A stretch of 12,781 nt of DNA, filler included, from Acetivibrio sp. (GCF_035371925.1; 6 parts of 6 records of this genome joined end to end with filler, not necessarily neighbours in it); one strand, 5' to 3'; counted from the whole stretch's first letter, positions 1-7,379 are shown. Program-made: numbers and translations. Notes: generated from the letters alone by a model not told the origin.

Positions 1-122
1 GTTAGCGTAAAATTACTATAGGGAATTCAAAGGTATAATCTGGAAAAACAATAGAAAAGAAGATGAAATCCTGTTAATATATAATCGCTCAAAAAATACA
101 CTAACAAAGGAGATCATCTTCT

Positions 123-1553
123 ATGTATAACAGTATACAACATTTTAATGATATTGGCGTTAAAAAAATTGAAAAAATAATAGAAAGTTTTGTGGCAGAG
201 AAAAAGGATTTAGCAGACTTGGTACTCGGCTTGCAGGAAAGCCTGTTTGAACTAGGGAGAAACATTGTAGCAGAAGTTCTGGAAGATATGGACGAATATC
301 TCCGGAACAGTGCCGAACGCAAGAAGAAATACGAGGTTATCAGGAAAGATCCGAACACACTTTTAACGAGCTTTGGTACGGTTACATATAGGCGGACATA
401 TTACAAACCCAAGGCAGGCGGTCATCGGAAGTACTTGGTGGATGAACTGGCGGGAATAAAGCCACATGAACGAGTGAGTGCGGATGTAGTAATAAATGCG
501 ATTGAAGAAGCGACACAAAGCAGTTACAGGAAGGCTGGGGCAAAAGCTGCCTACGACAGTGAGATAAGCAAACAGGCAGTAATGAATAAAGTACACGAGA
601 TAGAAGTTGTGGATGCACCGCTGCCGAAAAAAGAAAAAAGGGCCGTGCGAGTGCTATACATAGAAGCCGATGAAGACCATGTTTCCCTTCAGAATAAGGG
701 TGGGAATGGACGGCGTAAGGCAGGAATGAGCATGCCAAAGCTGGTATATCTACACGAAGGAATTGATGAAGAAAAAAGTACAAAAAAGAGGGCTATGCTA
801 AAGAATGTCCGGTACTTTGGCGGAGATATCAAAAGCGAAGATTTATGGCTTAAAGTGGCCCAGTATATAGATGAACAGTATATTGAGGAGAGGATTGAGA
901 CAATATACATTTCAGGAGATGGGGCATCGTGGATCCGGCAGGGGCTTCAATGGATTCCTAAAAGCAGGTTTGTATTAGATAATCACCATATGAATAAATA
1001 CATACGGAAAGCAACCGCTCACCTGCCAGACGACTGTTGGTACAATGCCTTGCGGGATACGATAGGGATTACGGATAAGAAGAAGACAGCGGAGGTTTTT
1101 GACAGAGTACTGAAGCTGACAGAAAGCGAAACAAAGAAAGAGGCTGTACGGGAAGCAAAAAGGTATATACTGAACAACTGGGATGGGATAGAGATTAGGG
1201 AAGAAAAAGCTGGTGAAATTGTCGGGTGTAGTGCGGAAGGTCATGTGAGCCATGTATTTTCGGAAAGGCTCAGTAGTCGGCCAAAAGGATGGTCGAAACT
1301 CGGTGCTGACCAAATGGCTCGTCTTAGGATATACAAGCAGAACGGTGGGAAAATCTACGATTTGGTAATGGGACAGAAGAAACGGGAGCAAAAGGAGCAA
1401 GAAATCAGAGAACAGGAAGAAATGATAAACGGCTTCAGAAGAGGATCAACCAAGTACGAGGACATTACAAACGTGAACCTGACGGTATTGCAGACGGGAC
1501 ACAAAACTGTTCTTTACAGGGCTCTCAGAGGTATTATTGGCATGTGTGGATAA
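123..1553 (+). CDS. ISLre2-family (UPF0236) DDE transposase, 476 aa
   Basis: Long ORF with AAAGGAG RBS upstream; motifs LYIEADEDHV, ISGDGASWI and GCSAEGHVSH recognised as typical of ISLre2 transposases; lies between the inverted repeats. Confidence 0.88.
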   Translation: MYNSIQHFNDIGVKKIEKIIESFVAEKKDLADLVLGLQESLFELGRNIVAEVLEDMDEYLRNSAERKKKYEVIRKDPNTLLTSFGTVTYRRTYYKPKAGGHRKYLVDELAGIKPHERVSADVVINAIEEATQSSYRKAGAKAAYDSEISKQAVMNKVHEIEVVDAPLPKKEKRAVRVLYIEADEDHVSLQNKGGNGRRKAGMSMPKLVYLHEGIDEEKSTKKRAMLKNVRYFGGDIKSEDLWLKVAQYIDEQYIEERIETIYISGDGASWIRQGLQWIPKSRFVLDNHHMNKYIRKATAHLPDDCWYNALRDTIGITDKKKTAEVFDRVLKLTESETKKEAVREAKRYILNNWDGIEIREEKAGEIVGCSAEGHVSHVFSERLSSRPKGWSKLGADQMARLRIYKQNGGKIYDLVMGQKKREQKEQEIREQEEMINGFRRGSTKYEDITNVNLTVLQTGHKTVLYRALRGIIGMCG

Positions 1554-1621
1554 GAAGGGAGGGCGAAGTTTAGAGTAAAATCTTTGCAGGCAAAAAAATA
1601 TAGTAGGCCTTGAAGAAGGTC

Positions 1622-1917
1622 TTTCCATAATCACGACATTATGTGGAAAAGCAACGGAGGATTTGCTGCTTTAGCAGACCCCTGAGGCGAAACATTGCGG
1701 AGGCAGGTACGCAATAGTACGCCGGCCGCCATGCTACAATGGGAGGTCCGATGGGGGAAAGAGACAAAAGGATTTGCTACTTCCCTTCCCCCATCGGCAG
1801 AAGAGACAAGAGCATGGCGGTGGGAGTGTGTCAAGGCACTGTGGAATAAATGGGAGGGGCCCGGCGTAAGCCGGGAAGGAAACCGTTTATGCCGCAAAAG
1901 GCCTTGACACACTCCCA
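1622..1917. repeat. Cluster of nested GC-rich inverted repeats (candidate structured RNA or ssDNA)
   Basis: Perfect stems: CCGCCATGCT 1726-1735/1811-1820; CCGATGGGGGAA 1748-1759/1786-1797; TGGGAGTGTGTCAAGGC 1821-1837/1901-1917; CCCGGC-GTAA-GCCGGG 1860-1875; ATTGCG 1694-1699/1710-1715. Bulged stem 1622-1631/1638-1649. Confidence 0.8.
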
Positions 1918-2105
1918 TAGGCGGACGAAAGTAAGGGGATACATTTGAATATGAAGTTTTGCTTCGAAGACTTTACATGCAAAAATGCGTAGCATTTTTA
2001 CCTTTTATGAAAAGAGAGAAATACAAATAAATTACCTTATGTACAGACTATAAGGGAAATGAAAAAATTGCCCAAATTAACGGCTCAACACGTTGAAGCG
2101 AACCC

Positions 2106-2136
2106 TTTACAATAACGGGGATACATGTGGTATAAT
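2106..2136 (+). promoter_or_regulatory. Extended -10 sigma-A-type promoter inside the IS, pointing toward its right end
   Basis: TG-G-TATAAT at 2128-2136; TTTACA at 2106-2111 with a suboptimal 19-nt spacer. Confidence 0.45.
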
Positions 2137-2234
2137 GAGCAAAGTAGTGACTTAAACGCTAAAGCTCAGCTATTTTTATAGGGGGTTACCCAGGCTATAA
2201 AAACATCTCCGGGGATGTTTGTTGTAAAGGGCGT

Positions 2235-2274
2235 TCCTGACTATTAAATATCAGGATGATTCTTTTTTTCTTTT
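2235..2274 (+). terminator. Putative intrinsic terminator at the IS right end
   Basis: TCCTGA 2235-2240/TCAGGA 2251-2256 stem followed by a T-rich run (about 2260-2274). Confidence 0.4.
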
Positions 2275-2413
2275 CCCTACAGTAAACTGACGCTATCAAT
2301 TTAGTTGCAATAGTTGCAATATATATTAAAATATTGTACAATATAAATGAAAGTTAAATATTGTTATTGATGTGTGGAGAATTGGAGCCACATCAAAATT
2401 AAGGCATATGCCT

Positions 2414-2513
2414 NNNNNNNNNNNNNNNNNNNNNNNNNNNNNNNNNNNNNNNNNNNNTTAATTAATTAANNNNNNNNNNNNNNNNNNNNNNNNNNNNNNN
2501 NNNNNNNNNNNNN
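2414..2513. other. Artificial contig-joining spacer
   Basis: 44 N + TTAATTAATTAA (stops in all six frames) + 44 N; identical at five places. Confidence 0.99.
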
Positions 2514-2515
2514 AT

Positions 2516-3133
2516 GACCCGGACAAGCTGGTAATCATCATAATGCAGCTGGTCAGGCTCTACCGCAACGGCGAGATAGCCCGCATGTCAAAGCGCACCG
2601 GACGGGCGGTGACCCTGGCTGACATTGTAGAAGAGGTAGGCAGGGATGCTGCGCGCTTCTTCTTTAACCTGCGAAGTGCCGATACACATTTGGACTTTGA
2701 CCTGGATTTGGCAATAAAGCAATCGGATGACAATCCAGTGTATTACGTCCAGTATGCCCATGCCCGCATCTGCAGCATACTGAGACAGGCCCAAGAGCAG
2801 GGAATAGAGCTGCCCGACATCGATGGCATGACAATGGAAGAATTTCAAAAATATGCAAATATGCTGCTGGAAGAGTCGGAACTGGAGCTGATTAAAAAAC
2901 TGGCAGATTTTCCCGGTGAAATAAAGCTTGCTGCCGACAATCTGGCCCCGTACCGCATTACCGTGTACTCGCAGGAGCTGGCAGCCATCTTTCATTCCTT
3001 TTACAACAAGTGCCGGGTCCTTACGGATGACGAGAATCTGACAGCAGCAAGGCTCTTGCTTGTAATGGCTACCCGACAGGTGTTAAGAAATGCCCTTTCT
3101 ATTTTGGGAATTTCAGCACCCGAACGCATGTAG
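2516..3133 (+). CDS. argS: Arginine-tRNA ligase, 3' fragment (5' end cut by contig edge)
   Basis: Frame open from the contig edge (DPDKLVIIIMQLVRL). Class I KMSKS-like motif RMSKRTG, then DAARFFF, NPVYYVQYAHARICSI and a DALR anticodon domain ending ISAPERM. Confidence 0.96.
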   Translation, partial: DPDKLVIIIMQLVRLYRNGEIARMSKRTGRAVTLADIVEEVGRDAARFFFNLRSADTHLDFDLDLAIKQSDDNPVYYVQYAHARICSILRQAQEQGIELPDIDGMTMEEFQKYANMLLEESELELIKKLADFPGEIKLAADNLAPYRITVYSQELAAIFHSFYNKCRVLTDDENLTAARLLLVMATRQVLRNALSILGISAPERM

Positions 3134-3181
3134 TCCTTCCAGGAATTACATTACAATAAATGGATAAAATATCCGTATAAA

Positions 3182-3208
3182 GAAGGAATTTGAACTTTTG
3201 ACGAGAAT
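3182..3208 (+). promoter_or_regulatory. Putative sigma-H-type promoter
   Basis: GAAGGAATT (3182-3190), with AGGA-N17-GAAT (3184-3208) matching the Bacillota sigma-H consensus spacing. Confidence 0.45.
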
Positions 3209-3440
3209 ATATTATTGTTAGATGCTTTATTTTAGAAAATAGGGATAAAGGGAAAAAGCATATAGAAAAGAAAGACCCTATAGAACTTGAGCAAAGAAGG
3301 GTTCAAACCCTGAAGAAAGACCAACTATTAAAAGTCAAATAAAATATGTAAAAAAACTATAAATGAGATCCAACTAAAAACAGGCATCACAAAAAGGCTT
3401 GTATTATTACAAACCTGAAACAATATATAATTACATGGAA

Positions 3441-4619
3441 TTAAGCTTTGGGCACATAAGGTTGGTTATTCTTTAGGACAGCATAAATGATATTACACAT
3501 TTTTCTAGAAACTGCACCAACACAGGTAAGATGATGTTTACCTTCTGCCCGCTTTTTCTGATAGAAAGCGCTTAATACAGGGTCTTTAAAAGAAGCAATC
3601 AAGGCAGCCTGAAAAATGGCTTTACGTAAATATGGTGAACCGCGTTTGCTCATAACATTATGTGTAGATTCGTATTCACCGGATTTACTAACTGAAGCAT
3701 CAATACCTGCAAATGCTACCAGTTTTCTGGGGCTGCTAAACTTAGATATGTCACCGATTTCACCGATAATCGTAGCGCCAGTGACGTTTCCAATACCAGT
3801 TATGGTTGTTATGGGAGAGCCTAGTTTCTCCATCAGACGGCTGATTTCGCGTTCTGTATCCTTTACTTGCTGTTCAATAAAAGAAATCTGCTCAATTAAA
3901 GCCCTTAGTTGAAAGGAAAAACTGTCTTTGGCAAAGGTGATGCCAAAAGAATTAGAAGCAGCAGATTTAAGTTGCTTTGCTTTCTCAGCACCAACCTTTT
4001 GGCGACTTAGCTGTGTAAGCAGTTGTGCCAAAGCATCTGCTGAAACGGATTCAAAATCAATTGGTGAAGAAAACTGGCATAGAATCTCCTTTGAGGTCTT
4101 ACCAAAAATGTTTGAAAATATGTATTGATATTCAGGAAACACCTGATCAAGGACACAGACCACCTTGCGCTTTAAATCACTGATAGACTCCACCAGATAG
4201 GAACGGAAACGGGTCAAGTTACGGAGGGAAAAAATATCCTCGTCAGAAAGGCGGGTTTCCACAAACTGTCCGTAGCGGATTAAATCAGCAATGAGGATAG
4301 AATCAATGATGTCGTTCTTGCGTTTTCTAATCTCAACACCTTTGCGCCAGCCATCGGTCTGTATGGGGTTAATAACATGAATCAGGAAACCTTTACCATA
4401 GAGAAATGAGTAAACAGAAAGCCAATAATGGCCAGTAGCTTCCATGCCAATCTCAAAATCGGCAGTGTTGGAAGAATAAGAGGAAAGCTTAGATAAGAGA
4501 GCGTCTGCACCATCAGAAGTGTTTGAAAAAGAAAAAGCCTTAAAAATTATCTTCCCACTGTCATCCATCATAGAAGCTACATGATTATTTTTTCCAATAT
4601 CAATACCAACAAAAAACAT
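3441..4619 (-). CDS. IS110-family DEDD transposase/recombinase, 392 aa
   Basis: RuvC-like DEDD residues in GIDIGK, GMEATG and KNDIIDS; C-terminal Tnp domain with SVSKSG serine motif and GSPYLRKA; GAGGTG RBS upstream. Confidence 0.95.
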   Translation of the reverse strand: MFFVGIDIGKNNHVASMMDDSGKIIFKAFSFSNTSDGADALLSKLSSYSSNTADFEIGMEATGHYWLSVYSFLYGKGFLIHVINPIQTDGWRKGVEIRKRKNDIIDSILIADLIRYGQFVETRLSDEDIFSLRNLTRFRSYLVESISDLKRKVVCVLDQVFPEYQYIFSNIFGKTSKEILCQFSSPIDFESVSADALAQLLTQLSRQKVGAEKAKQLKSAASNSFGITFAKDSFSFQLRALIEQISFIEQQVKDTEREISRLMEKLGSPITTITGIGNVTGATIIGEIGDISKFSSPRKLVAFAGIDASVSKSGEYESTHNVMSKRGSPYLRKAIFQAALIASFKDPVLSAFYQKKRAEGKHHLTCVGAVSRKMCNIIYAVLKNNQPYVPKA

Positions 4620-4659
4620 AAAGACACCTCAAACAAATTATTTTAGATTGGGAGTCCAC

Positions 4660-4888
4660 TCATCTAATAAGCGTCACTACCTTGTGTTAAATACGGAGAG
4701 AAGCCAAACTGGCAACCAACATCCAACTCATACGCGAACTGCTTATTAGAGAGAGGTATCAGTCTTTCAAGTACGAGCATAAAAGCTCAAGGAGGCAACG
4801 ATAATTCTCTCAATCTAATAAGACAATTATCTCCTGACAGATAGAAGATGTAAAGAATAGGTTTATAGGTTTTCCTAATAAATAACCT
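4660..4888 (-). ncRNA. Predicted IS110 bridge RNA (target- and donor-binding loops)
   Basis: 285-nt non-coding end downstream of TATAAT (4895-4900). Stem CUUAUUAGA/UCUAAUAAG, GAGAG/CUCUC, UAUCGU/ACUGAUA encloses an internal loop with UGCCUCCU (identical to left flank + core) and GAAAG (complementary to core + right flank). Boundaries approximate. Confidence 0.75.
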
Positions 4889-4910
4889 AAATACATTATA
4901 CAAGGAGGCA

Positions 4911-5010
4911 NNNNNNNNNNNNNNNNNNNNNNNNNNNNNNNNNNNNNNNNNNNNTTAATTAATTAANNNNNNNNNNNNNNNNNNNNNNNNNNNNNNNNNN
5001 NNNNNNNNNN
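4911..5010. other. Artificial contig-joining spacer
   Basis: 44 N + TTAATTAATTAA + 44 N. Confidence 0.99.
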
Positions 5011-5016
5011 GGTGGC

Positions 5017-5082
5017 CTATTTTTTTACCGGTATGTGGTACAATTTTAGAATAGCATTAACATATTGCTCGATTCCAATCAT
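5017..5082 (-). CDS. Small ORF, 21 aa (MIGIEQYVNAILKLYHIPVKK), unknown function
   Basis: AAAGGAGG RBS (5092-5099) 9 nt upstream of ATG; TAG at 5017-5019. Confidence 0.5.
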   Translation of the reverse strand: MIGIEQYVNAILKLYHIPVKK

Positions 5083-5123
5083 TATTGATTTCCTCCTTTG
5101 GTTTTGTTATTAAGGCCGAACAT

Positions 5124-5141
5124 CTATAACGGTACAAGCAT
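5124..5141 (-). CDS. Minigene, 5 aa (MLVPL), possible leader peptide
   Basis: AAGGAGGTG RBS (5148-5156), with AGGAGG 8 nt before ATG; stop after five codons. Confidence 0.35.
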   Translation of the reverse strand: MLVPL

Positions 5142-5180
5142 AGGCATCACCTCCTTGTTAGGAGTCTATAAATTAAACAT

Positions 5181-5209
5181 TATAAAATAAAAACACCCAT
5201 TTGGGTGTT
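5181..5209 (-). terminator. Intrinsic terminator downstream of the helicase gene
   Basis: AACACCC 5192-5198/GGGTGTT 5203-5209 hairpin followed on the minus strand by TTTATTTT. Confidence 0.75.
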
Positions 5210-5362
5210 CTTGATAAAGTATGTCAATATTGTCATTAATTTTAATTTTACAATTATGCTACTAACAGAAATTTATTTCTTATTTTTCTGTACTTAATAA
5301 ACTAATTTTTCCAATCGGTACCATCGGATTACGTAATTAGTAGCTTAATATTCAACAATAAG

Positions 5363-7378
5363 CTATTCCGATTTCAATATTTTCGCTATAATACCATCAA
5401 TGCAATCGTCTTCATCAAGGCAAAACACATTCTTCGCTCTGCGTTCCTGCTTGCCTTTTCCCCACCACTTTTTTTCTCCATTCAAAAGAGAATTGAAGAA
5501 ATCAATGGCATATCGTCGTTTAAGAATATCATGCTGTTTCTGATTGTAGTAATTGCATAAGCAACTATAGCAAGCAGTATCAGCTTCTTCACCACCACAT
5601 GTGCATCCGTTTACAACTTGGGCTCCTGCTTCTAGCATGCCTATAAAAGTCGATATATCTCTCAACTGTCTAACATATCCGGCTCCACCAGGAGTATTAT
5701 CAAACAAAACAAAACTATAGTTACCTATGTCTGAAAATTCATTGTTACGGAACCAATGCAAACATCCTGACAATTCATTTCTATCTATACTTAGATGTCT
5801 GCAAAGTCCCTCAAGAAGCGAGTAGAGTACAGTCCATGCGACATCGATTTCTGTAATATTTTCTGAAACGAACTTCAATAGTACAACATCCGTTTGAAAT
5901 TCGTGTCCAAGAGAATATGGGTAAAGTATTTTGTTGCTGCAACGATAACCGTCTGGCTTGTAATGGGCATACTCCTTAGCTAAATCAGCATCATTATCGT
6001 ATAACTTACCATATCCACAGACCTTACAAATATAAAAATTAGAAGTATTCAGAACAGCAAGCTCATCCATTTTACTGGTTCCGATAATAACTTTTTTTCC
6101 GCAAACTGAGTATGTATTCGACTCAATCCGAGTACCATCTCCTATGTATGATATTGAACCCTTATATGTGCGTTCCGGCTTTTCTGTTCCTGCATCTTCT
6201 GGCTCTCCGTTTTCCATGATAAAGCCGAATTTAGGTATAACATACTTTTTTATCTTCTTTGGTAAACTATGCCCACACTGCTTGCATTCTTTAGGAATAT
6301 CTTCAACCCAAATAACTCTAATTAATGTATGACAATTTTTACATATAACATACTTATATTCCGGCCATGCAAATCCGCTAAGAACACGAACATACCGGCT
6401 AGTAATCAGCTTACCGTCTGCAACAACCTCTGACTCTGGTGCATATTCTGATATTGCTGTAAAAAGGTCCCTGTCCAAACACAATGAATCTAATATTCCA
6501 CCTTTTCCAAAACTCATCAATTCCACTGTATCAACAGGAAACCCGTATTTAGGAATTATATTGTTACGAGATAAAAATTCAATTATCTCTTGTTTTCTAA
6601 TTGTATTAATAGAATTACCAATATCCCTTATCTTCCTGCTCAATTCACGATCTTCCTTGGAACCGGGTTCAACCTTCTTTTGTCTTTCAGTACAGTCTAT
6701 TCTGGCTTTTTCAAGCTCCTCTATATCAGAAGCATACCTTTTCATTGCTATAACAAATACTCCAGGATTATTAGGATCATTAAGAAACAATTTACTGGTC
6801 CAGCCGTAAGTGTTAATTTCATAATGCTTCTGCAACTCAGGACTTAAAACATTGCATAAATACTCTTTAAGATCTTCAGGATGAGATTCAAGATATTTTT
6901 TTAATGCATTTACTCCATCCGCATCAAAAAATTCACCGATTGTCCTTTTGTATAGTTCCCGATACTTTCTCCAAAAGAAAGAGAATGCCGATGCAAAAAT
7001 ATGACGCAAAGCAATTTTCTCATTATCTACATTAAATGAAGGTGGTTGGATGGTTCCCTTAATCATAGATACAGGATCTTTAAAATAGTTCTGATCGTGT
7101 GAGCTATTAGGGCAGTATGTCAGAGAATACGCTGCAGACCTTGAACTTCTGCCTGCCCGACCTGCTCTTTGTGCATAGTTAGCCGGGGAAGGAGGCATAT
7201 TACGCATAAATACAGTTTCAAGGGTACCAACATCAACACCCATTTCAAAGGTAGTTGAGCAACTCAGTACATTAATTCGTTTTTTCTTAAAATCGTTTTG
7301 ATAAGAATATGCTTGTTGACTGCCTAACTGAGCGGTATGCTCCTTAACAAGCAAGTCGTTAATGTTCAGATTGTGATA
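5363..7378 (-). CDS. Large SF2 helicase with C-terminal DUF1998 domain (Druantia DruE-like), 3' fragment
   Basis: Frame open to the contig edge. Motifs EHTAQL, VLSCSTTFEMGVDVG (V) and NYAQRAGRAGR (VI); several CxxC pairs; DUF1998-type HEFQTDV, LFDNTPGGAG and C-x-C...CYSCL. The DruE assignment is an inference from architecture. Confidence 0.8.
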   Translation of the reverse strand, partial: YHNLNINDLLVKEHTAQLGSQQAYSYQNDFKKKRINVLSCSTTFEMGVDVGTLETVFMRNMPPSPANYAQRAGRAGRSSRSAAYSLTYCPNSSHDQNYFKDPVSMIKGTIQPPSFNVDNEKIALRHIFASAFSFFWRKYRELYKRTIGEFFDADGVNALKKYLESHPEDLKEYLCNVLSPELQKHYEINTYGWTSKLFLNDPNNPGVFVIAMKRYASDIEELEKARIDCTERQKKVEPGSKEDRELSRKIRDIGNSINTIRKQEIIEFLSRNNIIPKYGFPVDTVELMSFGKGGILDSLCLDRDLFTAISEYAPESEVVADGKLITSRYVRVLSGFAWPEYKYVICKNCHTLIRVIWVEDIPKECKQCGHSLPKKIKKYVIPKFGFIMENGEPEDAGTEKPERTYKGSISYIGDGTRIESNTYSVCGKKVIIGTSKMDELAVLNTSNFYICKVCGYGKLYDNDADLAKEYAHYKPDGYRCSNKILYPYSLGHEFQTDVVLLKFVSENITEIDVAWTVLYSLLEGLCRHLSIDRNELSGCLHWFRNNEFSDIGNYSFVLFDNTPGGAGYVRQLRDISTFIGMLEAGAQVVNGCTCGGEEADTACYSCLCNYYNQKQHDILKRRYAIDFFNSLLNGEKKWWGKGKQERRAKNVFCLDEDDCIDGIIAKILKSE

Positions 7379-7379
7379 G

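Larger units (their letters stand above)
1..2297 (+). mobile_element. ISLre2-family insertion sequence (about 2.3 kb)
   Basis: Imperfect terminal inverted repeats: 1-25 GTTAGCGTAAAATTACTATAGGGAA vs reverse complement of 2273-2297 GATAGCGTCAGTTTACTGTAGGGAA (20/25 identical), enclosing a DDE transposase. Left flank is outside the window, so no target-site duplication can be checked. Confidence 0.8.
3317..4904 (-). mobile_element. IS110-family element (IS110 group), complete, about 1.59 kb
   Basis: Shared core CTT (minus strand) at 3317-3319 and 4902-4904. Joining the ends builds TTGACT-N17-TATAAT, the circle-junction promoter typical of IS110. No terminal inverted repeats; DEDD recombinase inside. 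Confidence 0.85.

Noticed and set aside
101..1400. Minus-strand ORFs at 101-358, 363-596, 382-783, 689-910 and 975-1400
   Set aside because: Antisense shadows of the ISLre2 transposase with no recognisable motifs or RBS.
1631..1918. ORFs 1631-1918 (-), 1695-1907 (+) and 1446-1634 (-)
   Set aside because: They overlap the GC-rich inverted-repeat block, where stops are rare, and have no RBS or protein-like motifs.
1682..1932. Hammerhead-like words CTGAGGCGAAAC and GGACGAAAG
   Set aside because: The CUGANGA core and the required three-stem arrangement cannot be assembled.
2041..2060. CAGACTATA resembling the group I intron R element
   Set aside because: No matching S element (TATAGTC) downstream on the same strand; no P7 pairing.
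2137..2192. c-di-GMP-I riboswitch-like words (GCAAA, ACGCTAAAGC, GGGGTTACC)
   Set aside because: The GNRA-capped P2 stem and the P3 receptor are missing; resemblance is only at word level.
2302..2319. Tandem TAGTTGCAA duplication as the ISLre2 target-site duplication
   Set aside because: It is not adjacent to the inverted repeat (starts 4 nt after 2297), and the left flank is not visible.
2331..2413. Palindromes ATATTGTACAATAT (2331-2344) and AGGCATATGCCT (2402-2413)
   Set aside because: Could be operators, but the downstream gene is cut off and one is mostly A/T; no function can be supported.
2588..4128. ORFs 2588-2995, 2664-2858, 3616-3912 and 3928-4128
   Set aside because: Antisense to argS or the IS110 recombinase.
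6144..6847. Plus-strand ORFs 6144-6332, 6561-6809 and 6590-6847
   Set aside because: Antisense shadows of the helicase gene.
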